This document shows, in pieces, positions 52,489 through 64,000 of a stretch of DNA of 64,000 bases. The notes below the pieces were generated by a model. It was not told where the DNA came from. It ran no database searches and was given only the letters and a program-made list of their open reading frames with translations. Within the stretch, counting starts at the first letter, position 1. Every line of letters starts with the position of its first letter. The DNA is from Bispira polyomma (taxonomy: Eukaryota): the NCBI GenBank assembly GCA_965649765.1, contig OZ287750.1:88970001-89034000 (forward strand). The letters run 5' to 3'. The position numbers were made by a program, and so were the translations under genes.

Positions 52489-53720
52489 TCACACAATAAG
52501 AACAACCACCACAAGGCAATTAACTACTGCCCGAATCACAAGGCAATTTACACCTGCCCATTGAATAATAGTCATATCAAATTGAACAAGGTCCTGAAGC
52601 CATCTGGCTAATTGACCCTCTATATATTTAAATCGCATCAGCCATGCCAGACTGCTATGGTCAATCCAAACTACAATTTTTCGACCTAACAAAAAAATCT
52701 GTACTGATTGGTAAATTTCACTGTAGCCAAAAGTTCTTACGAGTAGTACAATATTTCTTTTGCTCAGGAGTTAAAATGTAACTTCCCTAACTGATCACTT
52801 TTTCCTGTCCATCCTGTATTTGAAGCAATTCTGCTCCAATAGCTTCATAAGAAGCATCAGTGTCTAACACAAACAAATCATGGTCATTGGGATATGTCAA
52901 TAAAAGTGCCGATGTCAATTGCTCCTTTAACTTGTGAAATGCCTTACTATGCTCTTCCAGCCAACGGAAATTCATGGTATTGACCTTACTACCTGTCAGT
53001 TGATATAAACAACGCGCTGTTTCGGCGAAATCTTTTAAGTGTTCACGATGGTAGTTCACAAACCCTAAAAACTGTTTAACTTCCTTCTGGTTAACTGGCG
53101 TTGGCCATTTTTGGATTTTTTCTATGCTTTCAGGATTCACTGATATTCCTTTACTATTTACTATTTTCCCCAAGAACTTAACCTGTTTTTGGAACAAAAT
53201 GCATTTCCTGGGCTTTAACCGGAGGTCAAAACCTATTTGCACATGCTCTAATAAGCCAAACCAGGTTATAAAGGCGGTTTTGTGCCGGCCTTTCTCATCA
53301 ATCACTACCTGCCAATATTCGGAGGCCATATCAAGTGTACTAAAGAAAATGCTCCCGTTGAGAATAGTAAGACAATGATGAATGTTAGGTAAGCCAAACG
53401 AGACTTTCACAGTTAATTGGTTAAGCTTTCTGCAGTTGATTGCATATCTAACTGAACCATCCCTTTTCCGTATTAACACTGGTGGCGATGCCCACTCAGA
53501 AGAAGACTCTTGTATAACTCCCGACTTAATCATGTTTTGAACACAAGTCTCCTCTTCCCGCTCAAAATTGATTGGAACTCGTCTCATCTGTTGCCTAACT
53601 GGTTTTGAGTCACCGGTATCAATTTGATGTAATATTTCCTGAAAACACCCTAGGTCATTATCATGTTTGGCAAACACATCAGAATAATCACCAAGTAAAT
53701 GTTTCAATTTATACTGTTGC
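52489..53720 (-). pseudogene. Gypsy reverse transcriptase and RNase H (RT lacks YxDD)
   Basis: SSEWASPPVLIRKRDGSVRY, FSTLDMASEYWQ, KTAF, LKPRKC..VKFLG, FLGFVNYHR, LDTDASYEAIGAEL, IDHSSLAWL..EGQLARW. Confidence 0.93.
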
Positions 53721-54199
53721 TCCTGGTTCAAATTAGAACATGAGTTTTTGTATAAATCCACTAGCTGTGGTGGAAGTTTTGATTCATCTAGCATTATTTG
53801 TCTTACTTGTAGAACTTTGCTAGTAGTCAAAGTCAGGTTGTCATTGTCAATGTCACATGAAGTGTCTTCAAATATACAATCTACTTCACAAGCAACTCCC
53901 CAAAGGAGTCCCTTTTTCAAATATACATACTTATCTAAGTCATTAACTATTTGTACAACAACTGTAGATGATCCATTAATCAAGCAATATGGTGCAAGCG
54001 CTTTTTGCTGAAAATTAGTATAAGCCGGTTGCAACACAAAAGTACTACCAGGACTATCCAAGTCAGTAGTTACACCCACAATTGTAACTGAACATGGTTA
54101 CAAAACAACTTTCTTTGCTAAACATACATGACTAACTTTAAACTGCTCATTCAATTCATTCTTAATCAAACTTATCGGTAACTTTGTATCACTAACACA

Positions 54200-54577
54200 A
54201 GTTTTTTTCCAAGCCTATTGTTACCTTGTGTTTCAACAAGAAATCCAATCCAAGCAACAAATCATCATTAATATCAGCGACATATAAATCATGCACATAA
54301 TTTGTTGTCCAATTCGCAACGGCACTTTTTCAATTATATGAGCTGACATATATTAATTTTTTCCAGCATATTTCAAACTCACCTCTTTACTCAGTGTTGG
54401 TAACCCTTCTTTTATCTTTATGTACAAACTTTCACTTAATACTGTTACCTGTGCGGCACTGTCTACTACTGCATGAAACTGATATCTACCTATTTTAATA
54501 GGTATCATTACATTATTTACAGATTTACCAGTTGTGTATTGCACTTCCTTAATACGCTGTTCTGATTGATGGTTCAT
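54200..54577 (-). pseudogene. Gypsy aspartic protease
   Basis: AVVDSAAQVTVLS active site, with DDLLLGLDFL downstream. Confidence 0.88.
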
Positions 54578-54588
54578 TTTTGGATCAT

Positions 54589-56450
54589 TTACTCATGACT
54601 GGGTGAATTCCTGACCCTCGAATTGGACCCGGTCCCTTTTAAATCATCAAATGTTACCCTTGGACTATTTGACGATCTATCTACACGTGCTGGACTTTTA
54701 TAACCCTCACTTCCTCTCCTCACAGGAGAAACATACCTGTCAAAGCGATTGTTATTTGTGGAAGTGGATGACCCTGACCTAATTCTTCTATCATCACCAT
54801 CACTGGAATGCGGACTTCTACCTGATCTATAATCATAACTAGATTCTCGTCCATACCTGTTTGGTAAGTACCTATCTCTAGGAGAAAAGCATCCAGATCC
54901 AGATCCATAACGCCTTGGTGACTGTCTACAATCTCTATGCAAATGACAAATTTGCCCACAACCAAAACACTGTAACAATCTATCTGGTGAATTTCTTGGT
55001 GACGGACAATTCACTTTGATGTGCCCAGTATTCCCACAATTGAAGCATTTACCAACAGAACTTCTACTTGGTGATGGGCAGTTTGCTTTCAAGTGTCCTT
55101 TGTTCCCACAGGTATAACATCTATAAGTTCTCTGACTGTAATTGGTTTAGCAACTTCAGTGCGGGATTGTCATTTGATTTCTGCGGGTTTCTATACAAGT
55201 TCCTAACCATCAGATCTTCTGTATCACTAGGATTCATTGAAACCTGTTGCAAGTCCTTGACCACCTTCTCCATAAATGGCCTGTTTATGCTGTACGGAAT
55301 CTTTCACTCGGATCACGGCTTTTCTTAAGGTCTGCCGTCGAGTATGCAATATCTGGAATGCAGCTTTCTTGTCCTTGCATCCCTTCGAAAAGTATTCAAC
55401 AGCAAACAGTTCTGTATTAACCATTGCGGTCTCAGGATAACCACGCAACATAAGCTTCTGTACTCTGTCTGAGAAATCTTCTAGATCTTCATCTAAATTC
55501 TGTCTAATGCTAAGTAGCTGATTCCGTGCAGTTCCTAGCAGAACTTTCTCTTTCAACTTAGCTGCAAACCTGTTTTTGATTTCTGTGTAGTTGGTTCGTG
55601 TTGTCTCGGGGAAATCTCTGAAAAATTACATTGCCTTACCGCGCAATGAAACAAACAATCGCTGGATCTTTTCTTTTTCTGTCCAATTGTACTGAATAGC
55701 TAACAGTTCAAATTGCTGTATAAAAGCTTTCCAGGCTACTCCCTCAAAGCTGGATACCTTCGGCCATGGCATTCCTACCTCCCGTCTTGGTGGAAGTGGT
55801 ACGTATGCACTTGCTGTCGCCACTGGTGTTGGTGTACTATCTGTCATTGAAGTAGGCGGCAGTAAAGAAGTAGCGGACATTGCTGTACCTGCGGTAACGG
55901 TTACACTACTTGACAATAAAACCAGTGATACTTACATAACAGTGGACATTATGGCGCTTGTGGTCAATGGTACAGGTGTTACAGATGGCGGTGCAACACT
56001 TGCAGATATAGCAAATACATTTGTCATTGGAGCACTATAAGATGTAGACTCATCTAATTGTAGACTGTCTGGCGCTGTAGGCGATACTAACATTTTCCAT
56101 GTCGTACTTTCTGACATCCCAGTTACTTCAGGTGGTGGTACAGTCACGGTAGTGAAAAACACTGCTACATCACCTGGCATTCTGTGACTCATCAATGATT
56201 AATCACTGAAGAATCACGGTATCCATGATATACTGATCCCAAACCTCCCATTTCATCAGGTGTTTTAACAATTGTCTCAGTATTTCTGTTCATTTCATTC
56301 GCATTTCTATCCATTGACGCCATACGGTGTCTGGATTCATCAACACTAGCGAGCATCATGTTAGTGGCTTGCTTCATTAAAGTGATAACCTCAGCAATAT
56401 CACCCTCTTTTCTATCGAAGGCTAACTGTTGTTTAAATGTTAACAACCTT
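54589..56450 (-). pseudogene. Gypsy gag
   Basis: Coiled coil, S/T/P-rich stretch, capsid-like WKAFIQQFELLA..NW..LRGKA, three CCHC knuckles (CYTCGNKGHLKANC, CFNCGNTGHIKVNC, CFGCGQICHLHRDC) and an RS-rich tail. Confidence 0.9.
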
Positions 56451-58858
56451 GAGTTACTATTGTGTCCTTGCCATCCAGAGGAATATTCGGCAAAAGAAAG
56501 AATTGTCTCTCTGTTAAGTCACCTCCATTTGCATTCATTGCCTCTATAATAATTGCAGCTCTTTCTGGACCAATACCTCTGATTTAAATTAACTGATCCC
56601 ATAACTCAACTTCCATTTCATTCTGACTACCACTTTGCAATACATTCAAATCATCCTCGGATCTGCGGCTTTCCATATTTACATACAACACTTAACACAA
56701 TAATTTTACATTACCATCTCCACCTCCTTGCAACAAAATCACCCATGAAGCGATTTACTTTATTACGTACAAGCATGGGTAAACTTATGCAAAGGTAATG
56801 CTGGGTAGTAAGTAATTTTTTTTTTCCAAGCAACATGCAACATTTAAGAATACAGTATATGTCAATGCAATATATTCAATATCGATATAATCAACTTCTC
56901 CACACAATGTATTTTCCTATATGCAATTGTTTCTATTGTTTCATAACCTTCTCTTCCAGTTACACTTCGTTTCCAATGACATAAAGTAAAATATTATTTT
57001 TTCTTTTTTCAAATTTTAAGTTCAATCAAATTGTCAATTATTGATTCCAATTTCAATTCAATTTCCAGTAAAATTGTTTTAGATTAATTAAATGATCATT
57101 TTCTTTTGCTTCCAAAATTTCACTGAATTATTTTACTTTCCAATAATTCGGGCAGTACTGGTCAACATATATAGCATACATTGCAACAAAATAATATACA
57201 ATCACGGTCAATGAATCACATAATACGCGGTGGCAGTACACATAAAATAACAATTCACATTAACACTATGGTACCGAACCGGGGATCTAATTGTTTGTTT
57301 TTTTTAAAAGTTGTATCCCTCCAAAGTACAACAAAATAGTATGTTAGAAATGCATTTCGGTAGTGCTTCAGTAATTTACTGAAGCAATATATATAAATTA
57401 TAAATAAGAGATGATGGATTTTTCCAAAATAATGTTTTTTTTTCAGAATGGCTAACTCACGTGTATTCGATGTGAGTGGACAATTTCACAGTTGGTTGAA
57501 TTAATTATCAAAGTTTTCATGTAATTTTTCACTGACAGCTTTACCAAAGTATGTAATCACATTCTATATTATACTAGCTAACTTTTAATGGCAATACAGT
57601 ACTTTCTGGATGGTTATTATGGTGACATTTATGAATAATAAATCATTTATTTATTTTCAAAAGTTACTCACCCAAAGGACATTGGACAAAGGCTATTTGC
57701 CTTGTCTGCATTTTCAGATTGTACACATTTTCGAAAAAATAGTTTCTTCTAAATCTTATTTTTTCTTCTGGGAATACCCCACTTCTGGTACCAATGTTGT
57801 ATTCTCATACAACGAATACATTAATATACAGGTTCAATGCACAGACACATAAATATATACTGTTTAACAAATAAATTACTGTTGTAATGATTTCAAAGCT
57901 CAGACTCTGTCTTCATATGCCACGGCTGCGTTTTTGTTAAATTATTCTTCATATTTACAAATATAAATATCTATGTGCATGGAAAATTACCATCTTTGTC
58001 TTACGTGAGACGTCACAGCTGACATCATAATTTTTTATGTTACTCACAGCTAATTACTGTCACTGCATATGAAATAAGCATGACCTATCAGTCACTAAAA
58101 TACAGAGCCTTACGGTAATTGTTGCTAGTAAATTTGTTTGTTTGTGTTAGCCAATAAGAGACTAGAAAAATAGCAAATTTTGCCGCCCTTTCTAAGGAAA
58201 GGTCATTCTCAGCCTAAAAGTTTAATAGGCAACAAGTAAAAAATATTAAAATTCTAGATATTTAAGTAAAATAAAAAAGTGTAAATAAAAAAACCATCCC
58301 AAACACCATCACATATTTCCTTATCAAACCTACAAGAAATATATAATAATATGACCTTTAGAATGTATGACCTTGCTATATGAATATGACCTTGAAAATG
58401 TATATGACCCTATTCAAATCAGGCTGAAATTTTAGGGACTGCGTCATAATTTACATTTTATTAACCTCAGCGTCTTTCACCTTCAAACAATAAATAACTG
58501 GTTACTATTTAGTTTACTTGACAACCTGAGATTTATAATCGTGCTTCCTTAGAGAACAGCAAATGTTTTCAGTCTCTTGAAATATTGATAGCCTGACCAT
58601 GAAGGTCAGATTTGGGGAATGTTGACTCTCTGGGGGTCATAAGTGATGAATATGTAGTGTAATAGGAAAGTCGGATGCAGTTTGGGATACTTTATTTACA
58701 AATTACTTTGCTTCAGTATATATATCTGTACAGAAAAAATTCAAATTTAAAATTTTTAAAATGCCATACATAAAGACTAAAAATATATATATACCGATAT
58801 ACACAAAATAAGGGGAGGGTGGTTTCGGTAAGTTTTTAGCTGTTATTTGGTCAGCTTC

Positions 58859-59130
58859 TTATGACCTGGTCACACCTACACGTGTTAACGCCCCCCAACG
58901 TACCTAAGCAATATACACTAAAAAAGTGGTAGTATTATATCAAAGTTTGAAACACTACAGGAAACGGAGACGTTTTCGGAACGATATCATCCGTCATAAA
59001 ACATCTCAAAACGTAAAGAAACGATCACAGAAGGGATCCTCACTTCCTACTACGTTTCAAAACGTTTCCTAAATTCACACAACGTGACACAAACGTAGCT
59101 CTAGAACGTGTAGGTGTGACCAGTACATAA
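58859..59130. mobile_element. MITE family A, short deleted copy
   Basis: ctggtcacacctacacgt TIRs. The interior is the reverse complement of parts of 40533-41118. Confidence 0.88.
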
Positions 59131-60088
59131 AGTTTTAATGCCCACATAATAGAAAGGGCGCCAAAACGATTGACTCAGCCTGCTTATTGGCTGTAGCTAA
59201 GTGTTAGCTATGCATTCTGATAGGCCAAGCCCAGTAAACAACTTGTCTTGTAAGTTATACAGTAAAGTCCTATATTTCAGTGACTGAGAAGCCATGCTTT
59301 TGCAATGACTTACAAATTTCACTGGCATTATTTTTGTCAACTTAAAGTCAGACAATGATTGCTTTGTTGTGTGTATTAATTCATATCTTTACAAGGCTAT
59401 GGTAAGTATGAAAACCATTATAAAATTAATTGCATTAAAGACATGGAGCTGTATATTTTACAAAGACGCTTAGGCACATATATGAACTCTGGAAACAGAG
59501 GTGTTCAATAAAAACTACAAATTAAATAAAAACAGTGGTTTGACGTCAACAAATGTCTGTATGTGACAAGCACGAAAACATTAAAATTTGATAGCAAGCA
59601 TTACTCTCTAGTTTTAGTTGATATATTAAAACAACATCTTGCAGTGCTTCCAGTTAAGTTAGAAATATATAGGTGTATACAATTTTTTTTCTCATATAAG
59701 ATTCTTTTAGTATAAGCTTCAAATTATATCGAACAAGTCAATAATTTAACAATGATAACAACATATATAGCCACCATCTACAGAACAAGAATAGCCTTTA
59801 AAAGGCAGGTCAAAGGCAGGTGAGTCTATGATACATACACTAACACTTTTACGTGTCTATTCTAATCATTTAAAAAGATTTTTTAACGTATTTTCTCCCT
59901 TTTGTGCCACCTTGTAATAACTATTTTTTTTTTTTTGAAATTTTTGGACTGCCAGCCAGGAATAGCTTACAATACACAGCATGCTTGCAAGAGAATTTTG
60001 ATCTAACATGTACATGCAGACTACATCATCACTCAAAATCATTCCCACTCATTATTCATAAAATGGGAATATATTTTTTATACGTGTA

Positions 60089-60420
60089 TAAACCTGGGTT
60101 TCCTTTCGGCATGTTTTTCTTGGCCGACATTGGCCGAATTTATTGGTCATTATTTAATATAAGGAAGTGCTTCCTTTCAACATATTTTCCTCAGGTCAGA
60201 TCAGACGTTGGCCGACGTCTGTCACCCCATCATAATCTATTGGTCAGGCAGCGAAAAAATCAGGAGGTCTGTCCAATTTTTGAACAAAAATTAAGAAATG
60301 AAAAAAATTCTCACACTAATTTACAAAATAGATATCGGAAGCCCTACATTGGCTGATGTCGCTGGCTGATTTTAATAAATTGGCCAACATCGGTGAATGC
60401 TGAAAGAAAGCCCAGGCTAA
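60089..60420. mobile_element. MITE family C, copy 2
   Basis: cctgggtttcctttcggcat / atgctgaaagaaagcccagg TIRs. The interior matches 6614-6830. Confidence 0.85.
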
Positions 60421-60754
60421 GTGGTCAGTTTGAACATTAACATAATGTATAAGTAATGTTGGTTTCTGATATTCGAAGACATTTTCAATTGTAGTTGTCA
60501 CAGTTACAGGGAACTAAAAAGCATATTTAACAAAGCATAAATTCTCACTTTAAACCTAAGCTTAACAAAAACCAAATTTGGGTTCAACTTTGGAAAACAA
60601 ATCAATAATATCTGTTAATCAAACTCATTCTAATTTATTTTCACAGACATTTTACTGTAATTTTTTTTTGTAAGTATTTAATCTGAAAGGCTTCTGTCCC
60701 ACACAATAGCTGCCGTACTTCGAAGCATGGTCTGAACAACGGTCAGTAAGGAGT

Positions 60755-61018
60755 TTTTTTGTTTTGTTTTTTTGAATTGGGATATTTAACGTCCACTCTA
60801 GTACCTGTTTAGGCTATATTGGTACAGGTACTTGAAAACGCTGGAGGAAACACTGCATACAGTTGATCAAGGTTCTGCATTGAAACCAGCGGCCCAAAGT
60901 AAGGAACTACCACCTTTCCCACATAGGCATCCACGGGATTTGAACTCACGCCACCCAGAGGTAAGAGACCAGTGATTGTGAAGCGCAATGCTTGCTAACC
61001 ACTAGGCTACCGCGGCCC
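60755..61018 (-). mobile_element. tRNA-derived SINE family A, full length, 15-bp TSD
   Basis: cggtcagtaaggagt at 60740-60754 and 61019-61033. A-rich tail on the minus strand. Confidence 0.94.
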
Positions 61019-61373
61019 CGGTCAGTAAGGAGTAAATATTTGGACTAAATTGCTCCAATCTTCCCGTAATGTGTGTTCCAGTTCAATCCTGCTTTTTTAT
61101 CTCTTGATGAAATGACATCGCTGCCTTTTACGACACTAATCTGATCAATTTCATAATGGCGCTTATTCTCAATCTTCATAGTGCAACAGCCAAAATCATT
61201 GTTCAGTAGTCGTATTGTTGTGGACATAAAAAAAACTGCCATTGCCAGAGAGGGAGCCGGTGGTGGTGGGACCGCGTCAGCGGGGATAAGCTATTTGATA
61301 GACAAAAATGTAAAATGAAGTTAATTCAATGTCTCCTCAATTTCAGAGCATATATTTAACATTTGTAGAAACC

Positions 61374-61484
61374 AGGGGGTGGTATTCACAAAGAGGATAA
61401 GCTGAGACTTTGTTTTAGATCTAGTATACTATTGTGCTGCTTTAGAACAATGTCTAGACTAAGCCCTTTTGTGAATACCTCCCC
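61374..61484. mobile_element. MITE family B, short copy
   Basis: gggggtggtattcacaaag / cttttgtgaatacctcccc TIRs. Confidence 0.75.
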
Positions 61485-62307
61485 TATCTTCAAGATACCA
61501 TTTTATAAGGTCTCATATCAGTACTATGCCAGCCAGTTTTAACTAGCAGCACAATGGACCATTATACAGCATCGTAATATTGCACTATTATAGCTATTAT
61601 AAGCATTATTGACTAAGGTTTGATTGATTACATGAAATCATATAAACTCCGACATAAATTTATTTTTGATTTAGAAACATATTCATCCTTATTTGATACA
61701 ATATTGCGGAAAAAACTCAAAATGGTTTTTATTTGAAAACATATTCATCGCTGTGTGATAAAACAAGCAATAAAAGCTTCAAATGGGTATTTTATAATGG
61801 CTACTTCTCATTTAGACATATGAGCTATATCTCTCCATACATCTGTAGGGTCTAAATGGTAGTCTAAATGGATCTAAAATAACTACTTGAATACTTTGTC
61901 AACAAATTTATCGTTGAAATTAGTTTTACAATGAATTTTAGTGTGAGTTTGAAAATTTTGCTCTGTTGTTGGGTTGTCATAGTTTGCCGATATCAATACC
62001 TAATTTATCTAAAGGCAGATACGTTGGTGTGAAAACCAATTACAAAGGCATCAAATAATCAAGTCATAATATGTTTCTGTTGTTTACTAAAATTGATTTG
62101 CAGTCACACATTTTGTAATGTATATATGGATAATGCACTATGTCAATATGGAATGATGATATTTTAAAGAGCAGTTTAAAAGAGTTATATTCATTAAGAG
62201 GTCCTTACAAACGGGGTAGTATAGTGTTTTCATAACAACCAAATCATTTTAGTGGGCTGACGCCTCGGCGACAGCCCCCTCAGTACTGGTGTCAGGTCAC
62301 TGGGGGG

Positions 62308-62375
62308 CCAATTATGCCACCTGGGGTCACGGGGGCAAGTATAAAAGGGTTTGCCGCCAATAGGTGCCATCATTA
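62308..62375 (+). promoter_or_regulatory. Candidate Pol II promoter of YR element 3
   Basis: CCAAT (62308-62312), TATAAAA (62340-62346) and Inr-like TCATT (62370-62374) at canonical spacing, ~100 bp before the gag ATG (62471). Confidence 0.55.
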
Positions 62376-62470
62376 ATTTCAAAAGTATTGATAGATGAAG
62401 AGTGTTTTTACAATTGGAGCTTTACTGCCCCTACTTATTATTTTTAGCCTCATTTTATATCTGTGTAATC

Positions 62471-63476
62471 ATGCCTAGGAAAGAATATCAGTGTAGTACA
62501 TGTTTGGGCAAGCACGAGCGCCCTGTTGGGAAAAGGTGTCAGTTTAACTTGGTGGACAGCGTCGCCGATGAAGTGCCTGCCGTTGGCCATGCTACTTCTG
62601 ATGCAATTCCAGATTCTATTTCCGGGCAGATCCTGCAACAATTACAGGCAATGAATGAAAAAATTGGATAGCATGGACCAACATGTGCAGGCTACAGAGG
62701 CGGCGCTGTGCACACCCAGCGCCAGTAAGGCATGTACCCCTTCTATTTCCTCAAGTCATAATGTAGCTAGTGTCACTGAGCCAGTAGTCGAGGCCGTCGT
62801 GCCATCCCTAGCATTTTTGTGTTCAAATGAGAGCTTACAGTCTCAGGTTGATTAGGGCCTGCTCCAACTACAGCACCTTAATGACTTGACTGGAGGTAAA
62901 ATTAAATCCCAGAGAGGTGGAGTCGAGGCCCCCATTAAGAGAAATGTAGACTGGCCACAAAATTTCGTTTTGTCTGGTGTCAAAAAGGTTAGACCCACGT
63001 ATGATGACCTTCCCATAGTACAATTTACCTTGGGCTTTATTCGATGCGTACAAGAACAAAAAACACCCGCTGTGCGGGAAGCTATGCTCAAGTACTTAGC
63101 AAACTTGATGGATGACGTCCATGATTTTTCGTGGGATGCCGCCAAAGCGTCACATGCCATTTTGCTAACTAACATGGAACTTGACCATCTCAATTGGACA
63201 GACGTGGATAAGGTTGACCGAATCCGTCGTGCACATGCATAACGTCATTTACCTTCTAGTGCCAATGGGTCTAGCGCTTCCAAAACCAGTAGTAACAGTA
63301 AAACTAAAACCCAAGTCAAAACACAAGGCGTAATTTGTCATTTCTATCAGGAAGGGACATGCAAGTTTAACGCTAGTCATCGCACTTCTGGCCAGTTATT
63401 CAGGCACAACTGTGAAAATTGTGATGGTGCCCATCAAACCAAAGTATGTCCCAAGAAGGGGGCCACAAAAAACTGA
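62471..63476 (+). pseudogene. gag-like ORF1 of YR element 3 (one frameshift, two premature stops)
   Basis: N-terminal CSTCLGKHERPVGKRC; KSQRGG..VDWPQNFV..TYDDL..QF..GF; LMDDVHDFSWDAAKASHA; C-terminal CHFYQEGTC..H..HNCENC..H..C; ends KN-stop. Confidence 0.85.
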
Positions 63477-63503
63477 GTGGCCACTGCAGCAGTGCAGTGG
63501 CTA
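63467..63503 (+). promoter_or_regulatory. Candidate -1 ribosomal frameshift signal (slippery heptamer plus hairpin)
   Basis: A_AAA_AAC in the gag frame right before TGA, then stem tggccactgca-gcag-tgcagtggcta. The -1 frame is open to 63904. Confidence 0.7.
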
Positions 63504-64000
63504 GAAAAACCCAGACTAATTCTAGAATTGTATATAACTCTAAGTTTACTGATTTTAATTTGTATGACAATGTGTGTTTTAACCCCCATACATGTATTAA
63601 ATCAAGTGTGAAACGTTCCTACCGGGACGTGTGTGAACAAGGGACAGGTAGTATTCCAACGAGTGTTACCAAAAAACCCACTGTGGGCGAAATTGGGAGA
63701 ACTAGTGAAGTGACAAAACCCCCTGTTAAAGTTACCACCAAAACATTCTCACGAATGCGGGTCATTGGAAAAAGTAAGAGGGGCCCAAATTGCAATGTAA
63801 ACAAGCCTTCACTTTCTCCTAAACCACTTAGTAGCAAGGGTTCGTGTCCAGCAAGACAAAGGAACTTTTATTGTTATTGGACGTGTCAAAAACAACTCAA
63901 TTAACTTGTTCCACAAGAATCATTCCCCCCACTTGGTAAAAAGGGGGCCTGCATTGTCCTCCATTGTAAAACCACTTAACTGGGGCGGTGGCAGAAAGAA

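Larger units (their letters stand above)
48975..56600 (-). mobile_element. Ty3/Gypsy LTR retrotransposon, decayed, with extra 3' ORF; paired LTRs not found
   Basis: Order gag, PR, RT, RH, IN, ORF3. Purine tract GAAGGGAATGGGGTGGAGGAC followed by TGT at ~49016-48993 (candidate PPT and LTR start). Confidence 0.93.
62230..64000 (+). mobile_element. YR retrotransposon copy 3 (5' part, runs off the window)
   Basis: Promoter-like leader, DIRS-type gag and the start of an overlapping ORF2. RT and YR are not inside the window. Confidence 0.8.

Noticed and set aside
57269-57287. PBS-like tggtaccgaaccggggatc (resembles the tRNA-Phe 3' complement)
   Set aside because: It is on the opposite strand to the Gypsy element, imperfect, and has no adjacent LTR.
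56600-57400. Gypsy 5' LTR
   Set aside because: No match to the sequence following the candidate PPT (~48995) and no minus-strand PBS was found.
59904-60356. 150-aa ORF similar to ORF 6636-6842
   Set aside because: The similarity comes from two copies of MITE family C. It is not a protein family.

Overview
AT-rich eukaryotic DNA, most likely from an invertebrate animal and plausibly a lophotrochozoan (inferred from the repeat content). No intact host protein-coding gene is recognisable. The window is a transposon graveyard laid over old host tandem duplications. It holds: (1) three tyrosine-recombinase (DIRS-order, Ngaro/PAT-like) retrotransposons at ~0.9-5.8 kb (-), ~43.4-48.8 kb (-) and 62.2 kb to the window end (+); (2) a decayed Ty3/Gypsy element at ~49.0-56.6 kb (-) with an extra ORF after integrase that ends in a TatD-family nuclease; (3) a pseudogenised fragment of a negative-strand RNA virus L polymerase (Mononegavirales, Nyami/Borna-like motifs) at 14.9-16.2 kb (-), abutting an L2-type LINE tail; (4) a near full-length CR1/L2-group LINE, several L2 fragments, tRNA-derived SINEs and three MITE families. 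The main leads are the Gypsy-borne TatD cargo, the endogenous viral element inside a strongly strand-biased (piRNA-cluster-like) TE block, and apparent recoding signals in the YR retrotransposons: a -1 frameshift cassette at the gag end, and a same-phase splice acceptor in front of an ATG-less recombinase ORF. All family assignments come from motif recognition by eye, with no database search. Boundaries are approximate unless a motif is quoted.
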